Below are positions 1-9,710 of a stretch of 64,000 nt of DNA, one piece after another; the first letter of the stretch is position 1, and the number at the start of each line of letters is the position of its first letter. The position numbers were made by a program, and so were the translations under genes. This DNA comes from Gammaproteobacteria bacterium (GTDB lineage: Bacteria > Pseudomonadota > Gammaproteobacteria > Eutrophobiales > Eutrophobiaceae). The notes under the pieces were generated by a model. It was not told the DNA's origin, made no database searches, and worked only from the letters and a program-made list of their open reading frames with translations. The stretch lies in contig OZ220696.1 in assembly GCA_965116495.1 (NCBI GenBank), forward strand, positions 32,001 to 96,000, read 5' to 3'.

Positions 1-402
1 AGTAAGTGGGCCCTGGAAGGGATGTCGGAAGGGTTGCGTTATGAAGTGGCGAGATTCGGGATCAGTGTATCCGTGATTGAACCCGGCGTATTCCGTACGG
101 AAATAGGAAGCAAATACAAGGTGTCGCCTGATTATCCGCAGGCCTCGCCTTACTCCAAGTTACTTGAATTTCGTGTCGGCAAGGTGGTTGAGGACTGCAA
201 AAACGGCGATGATCCGCAACTGGTAGCCGATTTGATCGTCAGTGTTGCAAAACAGGACAACCCGGAATTTCGTTATGTCGCCGGACAACAGGCAGAAAAA
301 TTCCTGCCGGAATTAAAACACATGGATGCATATGAACGGCATGACTTAATACGGAGTGCGGCAGCTATAGACTGGTGGCTGGAGGGTAGGGCCCCACCCT
401 GA
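1..402 (+). CDS. SDR family oxidoreductase, 5'-partial (starts before the window)
   Basis: Frame is open from base 1: SKWALEGMSEGLRYEVARFGISVSVIEPG, i.e. the end of the YxxSK motif followed by the typical SDR C-terminus; similar to 8582..9445. Confidence 0.9.
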   Translation, partial: SKWALEGMSEGLRYEVARFGISVSVIEPGVFRTEIGSKYKVSPDYPQASPYSKLLEFRVGKVVEDCKNGDDPQLVADLIVSVAKQDNPEFRYVAGQQAEKFLPELKHMDAYERHDLIRSAAAIDWWLEGRAPP

Positions 403-422
403 AACGGCTGAATGATATTTAA

Positions 423-503
423 GGAAGCTCTGATCAAGTCCGTCCGGGACTTGTCAGAGCACATCCCTGTACCGTAGGAACCTCTGACTTAATCAGAGGT
501 TCC
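423..503. mobile_element. MITE-like element with terminal inverted repeats, flanked by TTAA on both sides
   Basis: TAAGGAAGCTCTGATCAAGTC (420-440) matches the reverse complement of 486-506 (TAAGGAACCTCTGATTAAGTC) at 19/21; TTAA at 419-422 and 504-507; two internal hairpins. Confidence 0.6.
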
Positions 504-507
504 TTAA

Positions 508-1995
508 TTACAGTGCGGTTATCACCGATTTCAGTTCGGTATATTGCTCAATTCCTTCCCAGCCGAGTTCCCGGCCCCAGCCGGATTGTTTATAACCGCC
601 GAACGGAACGGACGGGTCCGGGATTCCATGGGCATTAATCCACAATAGCCCTGCTTTAATGTCTGCGGCGAGCCGGTGAGCCCGGTTTATGTCTTTAGTC
701 CAGATACTGGCTGCAAGACCATAACTGGTATCATTGGCCAGGTTTTTCAAATCTGAAAGATCATCGACGCGCATCACCGATAGCACAGGACCGAATATTT
801 CCTCCCGGAGAATTTTCATTTCATGTGAAGTATTTGCAAAGACAGTGGGTTCGAGAAAATAGCCCTGTGTGCCGATTCGTTTGCCTCCGGTCACCAGTTC
901 ACCCCCTTCCTTGCAACCGCTGTCAATATAACGACTGACACGGTCCAGTTGCTTTGCAGAGATCAATGGTCCCATATCCGTATCAGGTGACATACCCGGA
1001 CCGACCTGGATGTTTTCAGCGAAATCGACAATACCCTGTAAAACACGATCATAAATTGCTTTTTCCACGTAAAGGCGTGAACCGGCAATGCATACCTGGC
1101 CGGCATTATTGAATATCGCCTGTGCAGTGCCTGGTACGGTATGTTCGAGATCTGCATCGGCAAATACAAACATGGGGGACTTGCCGCCAAGCTCCAGTGA
1201 TACTTTTTTCAGGTTGCCCGCGGCGGACTGGAGAATTTTTCTGCCGACCTCGGTTGAGCCGGTAAATGCAATCTTGTCGATACCGCTATGACGACTGATT
1301 GCCTCACCGGCACTTTCTCCCAGGCCGGGGACAATATTGACCACACCCGCCGGCAGGCCGGCTTCGAGAAACAGTTCACCAAGTTTCAATGCGGTCAACG
1401 GTGTTTCTTCGGACGGCTTGAAAACGGAGGTACATCCGGCTGCCAATGCGGGTGCAAGTTTCCAGGAAGCCGCTGTTACGGGACCGTTCCATGGGACTAT
1501 CTGGCCTACAACTCCTACCGGCTCATATTGTGTGTAGGCGTGAAACTGCCTCCCTGCCACTGATAATTGCGGTGTTTTGCCTTCGATTTTGTTACTCCAA
1601 CCGCCATAGTATCGAAAGGTCCTGGCGGCAAAAGGTATATCACCGTTTTTCGCGGCAAGATAGGGCTTGCCGTTTTCCAGGGTAGTCAATTCAGCCAGCG
1701 TGTCGGTGTTCTGTTCGATCAGATCGGCAATTCGCCAAAGCAGTTGCCCGCGCTCCGTCGGTGTCATGCCATTCCATTCCGGACTTTCAAACGCCGCGCG
1801 CGCCGCTGCAACGGCACGATCTATATCATCAGCAGCGGCCACAAAAACCCTGGCAAAAGGCCGGCCGGTCGCGGGATTAATTACGTCGAGAACGTCTTTA
1901 TTGGTCGACTCGACCCAGTTTCCCCCGATCAGCATAGGCCGGGCTGTCTGCAGAAACTGATTAACTTCCTCGTTTGGCGAGAATATGCCGGCCAT
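508..1995 (-). CDS. Aldehyde dehydrogenase (phenylacetaldehyde dehydrogenase-like)
   Basis: IVPWN, FTGSTEVG, LELGGKSP, catalytic Cys in AGQVCIAG, EEIFGPV, PFGGYKQSG; ATG at 1995 overlaps the upstream TGA. Confidence 0.95.
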   Translation of the reverse strand: MAGIFSPNEEVNQFLQTARPMLIGGNWVESTNKDVLDVINPATGRPFARVFVAAADDIDRAVAAARAAFESPEWNGMTPTERGQLLWRIADLIEQNTDTLAELTTLENGKPYLAAKNGDIPFAARTFRYYGGWSNKIEGKTPQLSVAGRQFHAYTQYEPVGVVGQIVPWNGPVTAASWKLAPALAAGCTSVFKPSEETPLTALKLGELFLEAGLPAGVVNIVPGLGESAGEAISRHSGIDKIAFTGSTEVGRKILQSAAGNLKKVSLELGGKSPMFVFADADLEHTVPGTAQAIFNNAGQVCIAGSRLYVEKAIYDRVLQGIVDFAENIQVGPGMSPDTDMGPLISAKQLDRVSRYIDSGCKEGGELVTGGKRIGTQGYFLEPTVFANTSHEMKILREEIFGPVLSVMRVDDLSDLKNLANDTSYGLAASIWTKDINRAHRLAADIKAGLLWINAHGIPDPSVPFGGYKQSGWGRELGWEGIEQYTELKSVITAL

Positions 1996-3569
1996 CACAG
2001 TTCATCTTCCGCCAGGCCAAAATCTTCCAGCATGACATTGGCGGTTACCATACCCATTGCCGTTATGCCTCCGCCGGGATGGCAGGACGCGCCGGTCATA
2101 TACAGGTTTTTGATCGGCGAACGGTATTGGGAGTATCCTGGTACCGGCCTGAAATAACCGGATTGCGCCAGCGTCCTTTCTCCACCATTAGTAGTGCCGC
2201 CGACAAGGCAGGGATTCGCCATCTCGATTGTTTCAGGTGTGTCAATGTAGTAGCCAAGAATATTGCTGTCATCCATATTGCCGGTATATTGTCTGAACCT
2301 GGTGAGTAATGTATCGGCAAAACTCTCCTTTATCTCGTCCCATTGCCGACCCTCGGCCAGTTTATTTGGCACGAAGGTATCGAGAATCAGGGTATGTTTT
2401 CCATCCGGGGCACGGCCTGGATCGAGTATAGTCCAGCATGCCGCCCAGACAAACGGGTTAGCGGGCGGTAACCCCAGGGCAATGTCGGAATACTGATCCT
2501 GCAGCGCATCCGTTGACAAAAAGATCCTTTGAAAAGACGTTTTTTCCATTTCCATGCCATTCAGGAATTCCGGCGCTGCATTAATCGCATAGTGCACGCG
2601 GAATACGCCGATGTTACCGAAGGAAAACCCTTTGACCATGGATATAAAGTCACTGTGAAGTATCCCGTCATCAACCAGGTGTAAAAAACTTTGCCTTGGG
2701 TCAAGTGACGTTACCGTGGCCATTCCAGCCAGAATTTCACTGCCGTCTTCCAGCTTCAAGCCTTTGGCTTCATTGTTGCGGACAATAAATTTATCTACCG
2801 GCGCATCGACTGCTACCCTGCCGCCATGTGCTTTAACGTATCGGGCAAGGGCTTCGGCCAGCACCTGGCTGCCACCTTCAGGAATTGACTGACCATAGAC
2901 ATGGATGCCGGGGATCATAATATAAAAAGTCTGCCCAACTGCCTCCTGTTCCGGTGTAATCTGCGGAGCTATTGCCCAACCGAGAATAAAATTCCGTACA
3001 TGAGGGTTTTCAAAATTTTCCGATACGTATGCCTTCGCACTGAGATTGTAATTTCTCAGCATCTTCAATCCTTCCGGACTGTTCTCCATTACCGCCGGCA
3101 GAAAGCTCGGCGGAGACGGCGGAGAAAACATCCCCTTGATAAAACCATCCTTTATTTCAATAAAACCATCGAATATCTCGCGGTAACGCCGTGCATCTTT
3201 CTTTGAATATTCTGCGATACTGTCACAGGTCTTGTTGATATCCTTGTACACAATAATACCCGGGCCGTCTTTATTGGGATGTCCGGTGATGTGGTCGGAC
3301 GCATAGATATATTTCAGGCCATACTGCGCAAGTTCAGGTTCCAGTTTTTTAAAATAAGGGTTGGCATGAATCCAGACATGGCTTGACCCGAACAGGTCGT
3401 GCTTGAATCCGGGCAATGTGACTTCTTTTGTCATGGTGGCGCCACCGACACAGTGATTCCTTTCTGCAACAAAAACCTTCAAACCGGCTTTTGACAATTG
3501 CGCGGCACAGGCCAGGGCATTATGACCCCCGCCTGCGATCGCTACATCGAAGTCATATGTATCAGTCAT
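1995..3569 (-). CDS. FAD-dependent oxidoreductase, phytoene desaturase/PYROXD2-like family (paralogue A)
   Basis: N-terminal GGGHNALACAA...VAERN...GG FAD fold; C-terminal YRSPIKNLYMTGASCHPGGGI. Confidence 0.88.
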   Translation of the reverse strand: MTDTYDFDVAIAGGGHNALACAAQLSKAGLKVFVAERNHCVGGATMTKEVTLPGFKHDLFGSSHVWIHANPYFKKLEPELAQYGLKYIYASDHITGHPNKDGPGIIVYKDINKTCDSIAEYSKKDARRYREIFDGFIEIKDGFIKGMFSPPSPPSFLPAVMENSPEGLKMLRNYNLSAKAYVSENFENPHVRNFILGWAIAPQITPEQEAVGQTFYIMIPGIHVYGQSIPEGGSQVLAEALARYVKAHGGRVAVDAPVDKFIVRNNEAKGLKLEDGSEILAGMATVTSLDPRQSFLHLVDDGILHSDFISMVKGFSFGNIGVFRVHYAINAAPEFLNGMEMEKTSFQRIFLSTDALQDQYSDIALGLPPANPFVWAACWTILDPGRAPDGKHTLILDTFVPNKLAEGRQWDEIKESFADTLLTRFRQYTGNMDDSNILGYYIDTPETIEMANPCLVGGTTNGGERTLAQSGYFRPVPGYSQYRSPIKNLYMTGASCHPGGGITAMGMVTANVMLEDFGLAEDEL

Positions 3570-3643
3570 TGTTTAATATAATGATAATAATCACTAATTT
3601 GCCTGTATTATGGCTATAGTTTTGCTGACAGGGCAACCATTGT

Positions 3644-5209
3644 ATGTCTGAGTATGACATTGTACTAGTGGGGGGTGGCCACAATTCGCTGGCCTGTGCT
3701 GCAGTATTGTCAAAGGCAGGACTCAAGGTGCTGGTTGCTGAACGTAATGCATGGCTGGGCGGCGGCGCAGTCACACAGGAGCTTACCCTTCCCGGATTTA
3801 AATCTGATTTATTCGGGTCAAACCACGTCTGGATCCACGCAAATCCGCAAATCAGTGATTTACTGCCGGAGTTGGAGCAGTATGGGCTCAAGTACCTGTG
3901 GGCGGATGACGAAATCATGGGCCATCCCATGCAGGAAGGTCCGGGTATCGTTGTATTCAGGGACGTGGACAAAACCTGCGATAGTATTGCTGAGTATTCC
4001 AGGAAAGACGCAGCTCGATATCGCGATATACACGACGGATTCGTCGAGATTAAAGATGGATTTGTAAAAAATATGTTCTCGCCACCTGTTCCCCCAAGTT
4101 ACATGCCGGCAAGCATGGAGAAAAATCCTGACGGGCTGAAAATGTTACGTAACTACAACCTCAGCGCCAGGGCATTTGTCATGGAAAACTTTGAAAACCC
4201 GAATGTTCAGGCCTTTTTAATCAGTTGGGCGCTCGGGCCAAATATCAAACCAACCCAGCAAGGGGCGGGTTCGATTTTTTATATCATGATTCCGGCTATT
4301 CATGTTTACGGACAGGCAATTCCTGAAGGTGGAAGTATGGAACTGCCCAAAGCACTGGCCAGGTATGTCGAAGCCCATGGTGGCAACGTCCTGACCAACT
4401 CTCCCGTATCCCGGATCATCATTCGTGACGGACAGGCAAAAGCGATACGACTCGAAGATAATACCGAGATTCATGCAAGGAAGGCAGTGGTTACCACGCT
4501 GGAGCCTAAACAGACTTTTCTGCGCCTGGTCGACAGGGCACACCTGGAAGATGATTTTATCCGTATGGTGGAAAATTTTGCATTTGGCGACGTGGCCTCA
4601 TTTCGCGTCCACTTTGCGCTGCGTGAAGCGCCGGAATTTATTGGTGATGAATTATTGAGCAAGGCCCCGTTTCAACGAACAATTGTGCCTCTTCAGGAAA
4701 TAGACAGGCATTTTGCAAACATCTCGGTCGGTGCGGCGCCCGCTGGTCCGCCGGTCCACTGTCATTGCTGGACACTGCGTGACCCGACGCGTGCGCCGGA
4801 AGGAAAACACACATTTATGATTGATACATTCGTGCCGAGTAAACTGCGCGACAGAGACTGGTCAGATTACAAATCGGAATATTCGGAAGAGTTGCTCAAA
4901 ACGCTGCGCAGGTTTTCAACCAATATGTCAGATGGCAATATCATGGCGCAATATCCGCATTCGCCTGATGATATGGAGGCGCTTAATCCGTGTTTTGTCG
5001 GTGGAGTGCCCTCCGGCGGAGAACGGACGATTGCGCAACTTGGTTATTTCCGCCCGTTTCCGGGATATTCTCAATATCGCTCACCAATCAGGAACCTGTA
5101 CATGGCCGGACCCTCCTGTCATCCAGGTGGCGGTATCAGCGGTATGGGAGTAATCACTGCCAATATCATGTTAAAAGATTTCGGACTGGTTGATGACGAT
5201 GATCTTTAA
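3644..5209 (+). CDS. FAD-dependent oxidoreductase, phytoene desaturase/PYROXD2-like family (paralogue B)
   Basis: GGGHNSLACAA...VAERN; YRSPIRNLYMAGPSCHPGGGI; colinear with paralogue A. Confidence 0.88.
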   Translation: MSEYDIVLVGGGHNSLACAAVLSKAGLKVLVAERNAWLGGGAVTQELTLPGFKSDLFGSNHVWIHANPQISDLLPELEQYGLKYLWADDEIMGHPMQEGPGIVVFRDVDKTCDSIAEYSRKDAARYRDIHDGFVEIKDGFVKNMFSPPVPPSYMPASMEKNPDGLKMLRNYNLSARAFVMENFENPNVQAFLISWALGPNIKPTQQGAGSIFYIMIPAIHVYGQAIPEGGSMELPKALARYVEAHGGNVLTNSPVSRIIIRDGQAKAIRLEDNTEIHARKAVVTTLEPKQTFLRLVDRAHLEDDFIRMVENFAFGDVASFRVHFALREAPEFIGDELLSKAPFQRTIVPLQEIDRHFANISVGAAPAGPPVHCHCWTLRDPTRAPEGKHTFMIDTFVPSKLRDRDWSDYKSEYSEELLKTLRRFSTNMSDGNIMAQYPHSPDDMEALNPCFVGGVPSGGERTIAQLGYFRPFPGYSQYRSPIRNLYMAGPSCHPGGGISGMGVITANIMLKDFGLVDDDDL

Positions 5210-6224
5210 TGGAAAGCTCTCAATAAAACATCTGACCGGTATGTTGCTGTCAATCAGTGTGTTTATGAATTACGCCCATGCCGCAGACACGTTGAATGAA
5301 ATCTTGTCCCGGGGCTATCTGCGTTGCGGTATTACCGAATCAGGCCCCGGCTTCAGTTATATCAATGACGATGGAGAGCGTGTTGGTTTTGAAATTGACC
5401 ATTGCAAGACAATGGCAGCGGCGGTATTTGGAAAACTTGAACTTGAGTATGTAATTGTCACACCGCAAACCGCGTTTACCTTGTTACAATCCGGTGGTAT
5501 TGATATTTTTCCTGCAGGCGCAACGCTCTCTTTTTTGCGTGATACCAGGATGGGGCTGGATTTTGCCGGTGTGTACTATTATGGCGGACAGGGATTTATG
5601 GTCAGAAAAGATAGTGGCGTCAACAACGTGGTTGAACTGGAGAATGCTACAATTTGCATTACCCAGGGCACTACCCTGGAACAAAATACGGCAGATTATT
5701 TCGGTGCGCGCCGGTTAAAATATGAGCCGGTCACATTTACCAGTGTCGAAAAGGCAATGGAGGCATACCATACCGACCGGTGTGACGCGGTTACCATGCA
5801 GCGGGCGGCGCTCGCCGCCCGTTTGGCATCGATGCCGGACCGAAACGAACATGTCATTCTGTCCGAAATGATATCCAAAGAACCGCAAGGCGCCCTGGTG
5901 CGTCAGGGTGACCCGCGCTGGCGGGATATTTCTTTCTGGTCCTTCAACGTTCGCCTTGCCGCAGAGGAACTGGGCATTAACCAGGAGAATGTGACGGAAA
6001 TCAGGGAGAATTCAGAAAATCCGGAAGTACAGAGGTTGTTGGGCGTATATGATAATTTTGGTGAGACCCTCGGCCTCAATAATGATTGGGCCTATAACAT
6101 TATCTACCTGGTGGGAAATTACCAGGATATCTGGCAACGTAACCTGGCACCCGTCGGTCTTGAGCGGGGACCAAATGCATTGTGGGCGGATGGCGGGATA
6201 ATGATCGCTTTACCATTCAGGTGA
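5199..6224 (+). CDS. Amino-acid ABC transporter substrate-binding protein, AapJ/BztA-like
   Basis: Signal peptide; RGYLRCG, ICITQGTTLE, ISKEPQG.LVRQGDPRW, ERGPNALW..GG.M.ALPFR; start uncertain (5190-5199). Confidence 0.88.
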   Translation: MIFNGKLSIKHLTGMLLSISVFMNYAHAADTLNEILSRGYLRCGITESGPGFSYINDDGERVGFEIDHCKTMAAAVFGKLELEYVIVTPQTAFTLLQSGGIDIFPAGATLSFLRDTRMGLDFAGVYYYGGQGFMVRKDSGVNNVVELENATICITQGTTLEQNTADYFGARRLKYEPVTFTSVEKAMEAYHTDRCDAVTMQRAALAARLASMPDRNEHVILSEMISKEPQGALVRQGDPRWRDISFWSFNVRLAAEELGINQENVTEIRENSENPEVQRLLGVYDNFGETLGLNNDWAYNIIYLVGNYQDIWQRNLAPVGLERGPNALWADGGIMIALPFR

Positions 6225-6231
6225 ACGCAGC

Positions 6232-6351
6232 ATGAAACTATACGGTACGGCTGCATCACCGTTTGTTGCCCGGGTGCGGATCCAGATATACAGAAAGAAA
6301 TTGCCGGTTGAAATTCTGGCGGAAATGGAAACGGCGATACGGGCACGATAG
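6232..6351 (+). pseudogene. Glutathione S-transferase remnant (39 aa)
   Basis: MKLYGTAASPFVARVRIQIYRKKLPVEI is a typical GST N-terminus (SPF..RVRI); stop after 39 codons. Confidence 0.65.
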
Positions 6352-6375
6352 GCGCTTCATTCTTATGAAAAAATC

Positions 6376-7674
6376 ATGACCAGGATTACCGGGGCCAGAA
6401 CCGTAGATTTGAGGTTCCCCACTTCGCGTCATGCGGACGGCTCTGATGCGATGAACCCGGACCCGGATTATTCAGCGGCCTATGTGGTTCTGGAAACGGA
6501 CCAGGCCGGCCTGGAAGGGTGCGGGATGACCTTTACCATCGGCCGCGGCACTGATCTCTGCGTTGCCGCGATCGATTTGTTGTTGCCGCGTGTCGTCGGA
6601 AAAAAGCTGGATGCCATCACCGGCGACATGGCTGGGTTTTGGCGTGAGATCACGGGAGATAGCCACCTGCGCTGGTTGGGCCCGGAAAAAGGCATCATTC
6701 ATATGAGTACCGCGGCTGTTGTAAACGCCGTCTGGGACCTTTGGGCAAAGGCTGAGAACAAACCGTTATGGAAACTGCTCTCGGACATGAGTTCGGAGCA
6801 ACTTGTGTCATGTATCGATTTTCGCTATATCACGGATGCTCTGACCCCGGAACAGGCGCTGGCTATCCTGGATGACAATAACGAGGGGCGCGCCCGGCGG
6901 GAAGCGTTTCTGTTGAGGAACGGTTATCCGGCCTACACGACTTCCGCCGGCTGGCTGGGTTATGTTGATGACAAGCTCAGGGCGTTGTGCCGCCAATGTG
7001 TCGAGCAGGGCTGGTCGTACATGAAATTCAAGGTGGGAGGAGACCTTGACGATGACCGGCGCAGGCTTGCCATTGTCAGGGAAACTGTTGGTGATGGTAT
7101 GCATATCATGATTGATGCAAACCAGGTATGGGACGTTGAGCAGGCTATCCGGTGGGTGAATGAACTCGCGGAATTTCGACCGTTATTTATTGAAGAACCG
7201 ACCAACCCGGACGATGTGCTCGGCCACAGGAAGATACGGGAGAACGTCAGGCCGACAGGCGTCGCAACGGGAGAAAATTGCCATAACCGGGTTATGTTCA
7301 AGCAGTTTTTCCAGGCACAGGCAATTGATTACTGTCAACTGGACAGTTGCCGCCTGGGAGGGGTAAACGAGGTGCTGGCAGTACTGCTGCTGGCGGCGAA
7401 ATACCAGGTGCCGGTCTGGCCGCATGCCGGGGGGGTCGGTCTGTGCGAATACGTCCAACACCTGTCCATGGTCGATTTTCTACGCATATCCGGCACCATG
7501 GAGAACCGGGTGATTGAATACGTCGATCACCTGCATGAACATTTTTTGCATCCCTGTATCATCCGGGAAGGGAACTACGTGGCGCCTGCCGCGCCGGGTT
7601 ACAGCATACAGGTGCACAGCAAAAGCCTGGAAGATTATGCGTACCCGTACGGAAAAATGTGGAATTTGTCGTGA
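6376..7674 (+). CDS. fucD: L-fuconate dehydratase (enolase superfamily, ENOSF1-like)
   Basis: DLRFPTS..DGSDAMNPDPDYSAAY, WLGPEKG, YPAYTTSAGWLGY, DANQ, IEEPT, HAGGVGLCE, EYVDHLHEHF. Confidence 0.9.
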   Translation: MTRITGARTVDLRFPTSRHADGSDAMNPDPDYSAAYVVLETDQAGLEGCGMTFTIGRGTDLCVAAIDLLLPRVVGKKLDAITGDMAGFWREITGDSHLRWLGPEKGIIHMSTAAVVNAVWDLWAKAENKPLWKLLSDMSSEQLVSCIDFRYITDALTPEQALAILDDNNEGRARREAFLLRNGYPAYTTSAGWLGYVDDKLRALCRQCVEQGWSYMKFKVGGDLDDDRRRLAIVRETVGDGMHIMIDANQVWDVEQAIRWVNELAEFRPLFIEEPTNPDDVLGHRKIRENVRPTGVATGENCHNRVMFKQFFQAQAIDYCQLDSCRLGGVNEVLAVLLLAAKYQVPVWPHAGGVGLCEYVQHLSMVDFLRISGTMENRVIEYVDHLHEHFLHPCIIREGNYVAPAAPGYSIQVHSKSLEDYAYPYGKMWNLS

Positions 7675-7679
7675 ATCGG

Positions 7680-8445
7680 CTAATGGCGCAGGATCTGGCT
7701 CAGGAACTCTTTGAGCCGCGCTGACGAGGGGTTGTTAAAGAAGCTTTCCGGGTTGTTTACCTCTATAATCCGGCCTTCATCCATAAAGATTATCCGGTTT
7801 GCCACCTGGCGGGCAAAGCCCATTTCATGGGTTACGCATAACATGGTCATGCCGGAGGCAGCCAGTCCCGTCATGGTCTCCAGCACCTCGCCGATCATTT
7901 CCGGGTCCAGTGCGGACGTAGGTTCATCGAAGAGCATGATCTTGGGCTTCATGCACAGCGCCCGGGCGATAGCTACCCGCTGTTGCTGGCCGCCTGACAA
8001 CTGTGCCGGGAATTTGTCGGTGTATTCCTGCATCTTGACCCTGCCCAGGTAATGCATGGCCGTTTCATGCGCCTCTTTTTCACTGAGATTCCGTACCCGG
8101 ACGGGGGGCCAGGACCAGGTTTTCCATTACGGTCAAATGAGGGAACAGGTTGAACTGCTGGAATACCATGCCTACATCTTCCCGCACGGCGCGGGTATCC
8201 TTGTTGTCGTTCAGGGTTGTGCCCTGGACCGCCAGCGAGCCTGACTGGTAGCTTTCCAACGCGTTGATACAGCGGATAAGGGTGGATTTGCCGGAACCGG
8301 ACGGCCCGCAGATGACGATCTTCTCGCCGGCCCTGACCTGCAGGCTGATGTCTTTCAGCACGTGGAATTCGCCGTACCACTTGTTCAGGTTATCGATATG
8401 GATAATATCGGCAACAACGCCGGGTTTGGTGTCGGTCGTTTTCAT
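7680..8445 (-). pseudogene. Amino-acid ABC transporter ATP-binding subunit (AapP/GlnQ-like), split by a frameshift
   Basis: Walker A GPSGSGKS in 8080..8445; LSGGQQQR and FDEPT in 7680..8057; removing one base from the G6 run at 8103-8108 joins the two frames. Confidence 0.85.
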
Positions 8446-8581
8446 TGGTCATACCGGAACATAATGTATACTCAACTCAACTGGTCCCGGGAGATGGCTT
8501 AAATCATACTCCCAATATCGATCGAATAGCAAAAGAAGGAGCAATCTTCTGGACACAGCCGGACTGGTAGTGCGTCAGGTG

Positions 8582-9445
8582 TTATCCTTTTTCACTCCAC
8601 CATTCGGTGCCGGATACCTGACGCAAAAAAGCATCCCGTTCAGAATCAGTTTGCCCAAGCATCGTGTTGAGAACTTTTTTTGCAACATCGCCCGCCGGCC
8701 AACGGAGCTGTGTCCCGTCTGAATTAACAATATCGACTAACAGCTTTCCTATGGTTTCCGGGTCCGGTGCAGTCGGGATACGATCCTTTAACGCCTGGTG
8801 TCTGTATTCAACAAGTTGGCGATAGGGTGAAGCGTGCGGGTAATAATCCGGTAATAAGGATTTTTCCGGTATGCTGCTTGAAAAAATTCCGGTGGCGTAC
8901 AAGCCTGCTTCAACCAGGGCCAGTTTAATACCCCAACGATCAACTTCATGCCGTAATGCTTCAGTTGCTCCTTCCAGGCCAAATTTACTGGCGCTGTAGA
9001 CGACATCACCCGGCAAACCTGCAATACCTGAAAGCGAGCTGATCATGATGATATAGCCGTTTTTTTGTTTCCGCATATACGGGAGCACGGCGCGGGTCAG
9101 CAAAAGTGGGCCGAACAGATTTGTTTCAATAACTTCACGGAGCATCTCTTCAGACAAATCTTCAAGTGCTCCGGCGCGCAAAATACCCGCATTATTTACC
9201 AGGACGTCTATGGATCCTGTTTCGTCCAGAATTTCTTCAAAAAGAGATGTAAAAAAAACCGGCTGAGTAACATCCAGTTGTCTGATACGTATTTTGAGTC
9301 CTTCGTGTTCAGCAGCATTCCGCAACGCTTCAGCCTTGTCCAGGTTTCTCATGGTGGCATACACGGTATCCCCGTTCCGGGCAAATGCCAGTGCCCCTTC
9401 CAGACCAAAACCACTACTACTGCCTGTCAGTATAATTGTAGACAT
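8582..9445 (-). CDS. SDR family oxidoreductase
   Basis: TGSSSGFG, VNNAG, YSASK. Confidence 0.93.
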   Translation of the reverse strand: MSTIILTGSSSGFGLEGALAFARNGDTVYATMRNLDKAEALRNAAEHEGLKIRIRQLDVTQPVFFTSLFEEILDETGSIDVLVNNAGILRAGALEDLSEEMLREVIETNLFGPLLLTRAVLPYMRKQKNGYIIMISSLSGIAGLPGDVVYSASKFGLEGATEALRHEVDRWGIKLALVEAGLYATGIFSSSIPEKSLLPDYYPHASPYRQLVEYRHQALKDRIPTAPDPETIGKLLVDIVNSDGTQLRWPAGDVAKKVLNTMLGQTDSERDAFLRQVSGTEWWSEKG

Positions 9446-9578
9446 ATATCAGTCCTGGTTAATGTACGGTGTAAGTAAGCAATTTCTTGTACAAAATTGT
9501 GCTTTTCCAGGTCAGCTTCCATTTATTATAAATTGTTGTAAAACTGTGACATTCAATATTACTGTAGTCAACAAAGCC

Positions 9579-9607
9579 TTGACAGAAATATAATTTATGC
9601 TTAAAGT
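9579..9607 (+). promoter_or_regulatory. Sigma70-type promoter of the TonB-dependent receptor gene
   Basis: TTGACA (9579-84), 17-bp spacer, TAAAGT (9602-07). Confidence 0.6.
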
Positions 9608-9710
9608 AATCTAACGGTTTTATCAGCCACATTCGATTGTGAGAATGGAGGCTGGTAGCGTTGAAAAAACATGCATTAACAATAAGTATGAATCTTTCAA
9701 GAGGGTCCAG

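Noticed and set aside
1995-5209. Carotenoid biosynthesis (crtI) call
   Set aside because: No crtB, crtE or crtY nearby, and the context is catabolic.
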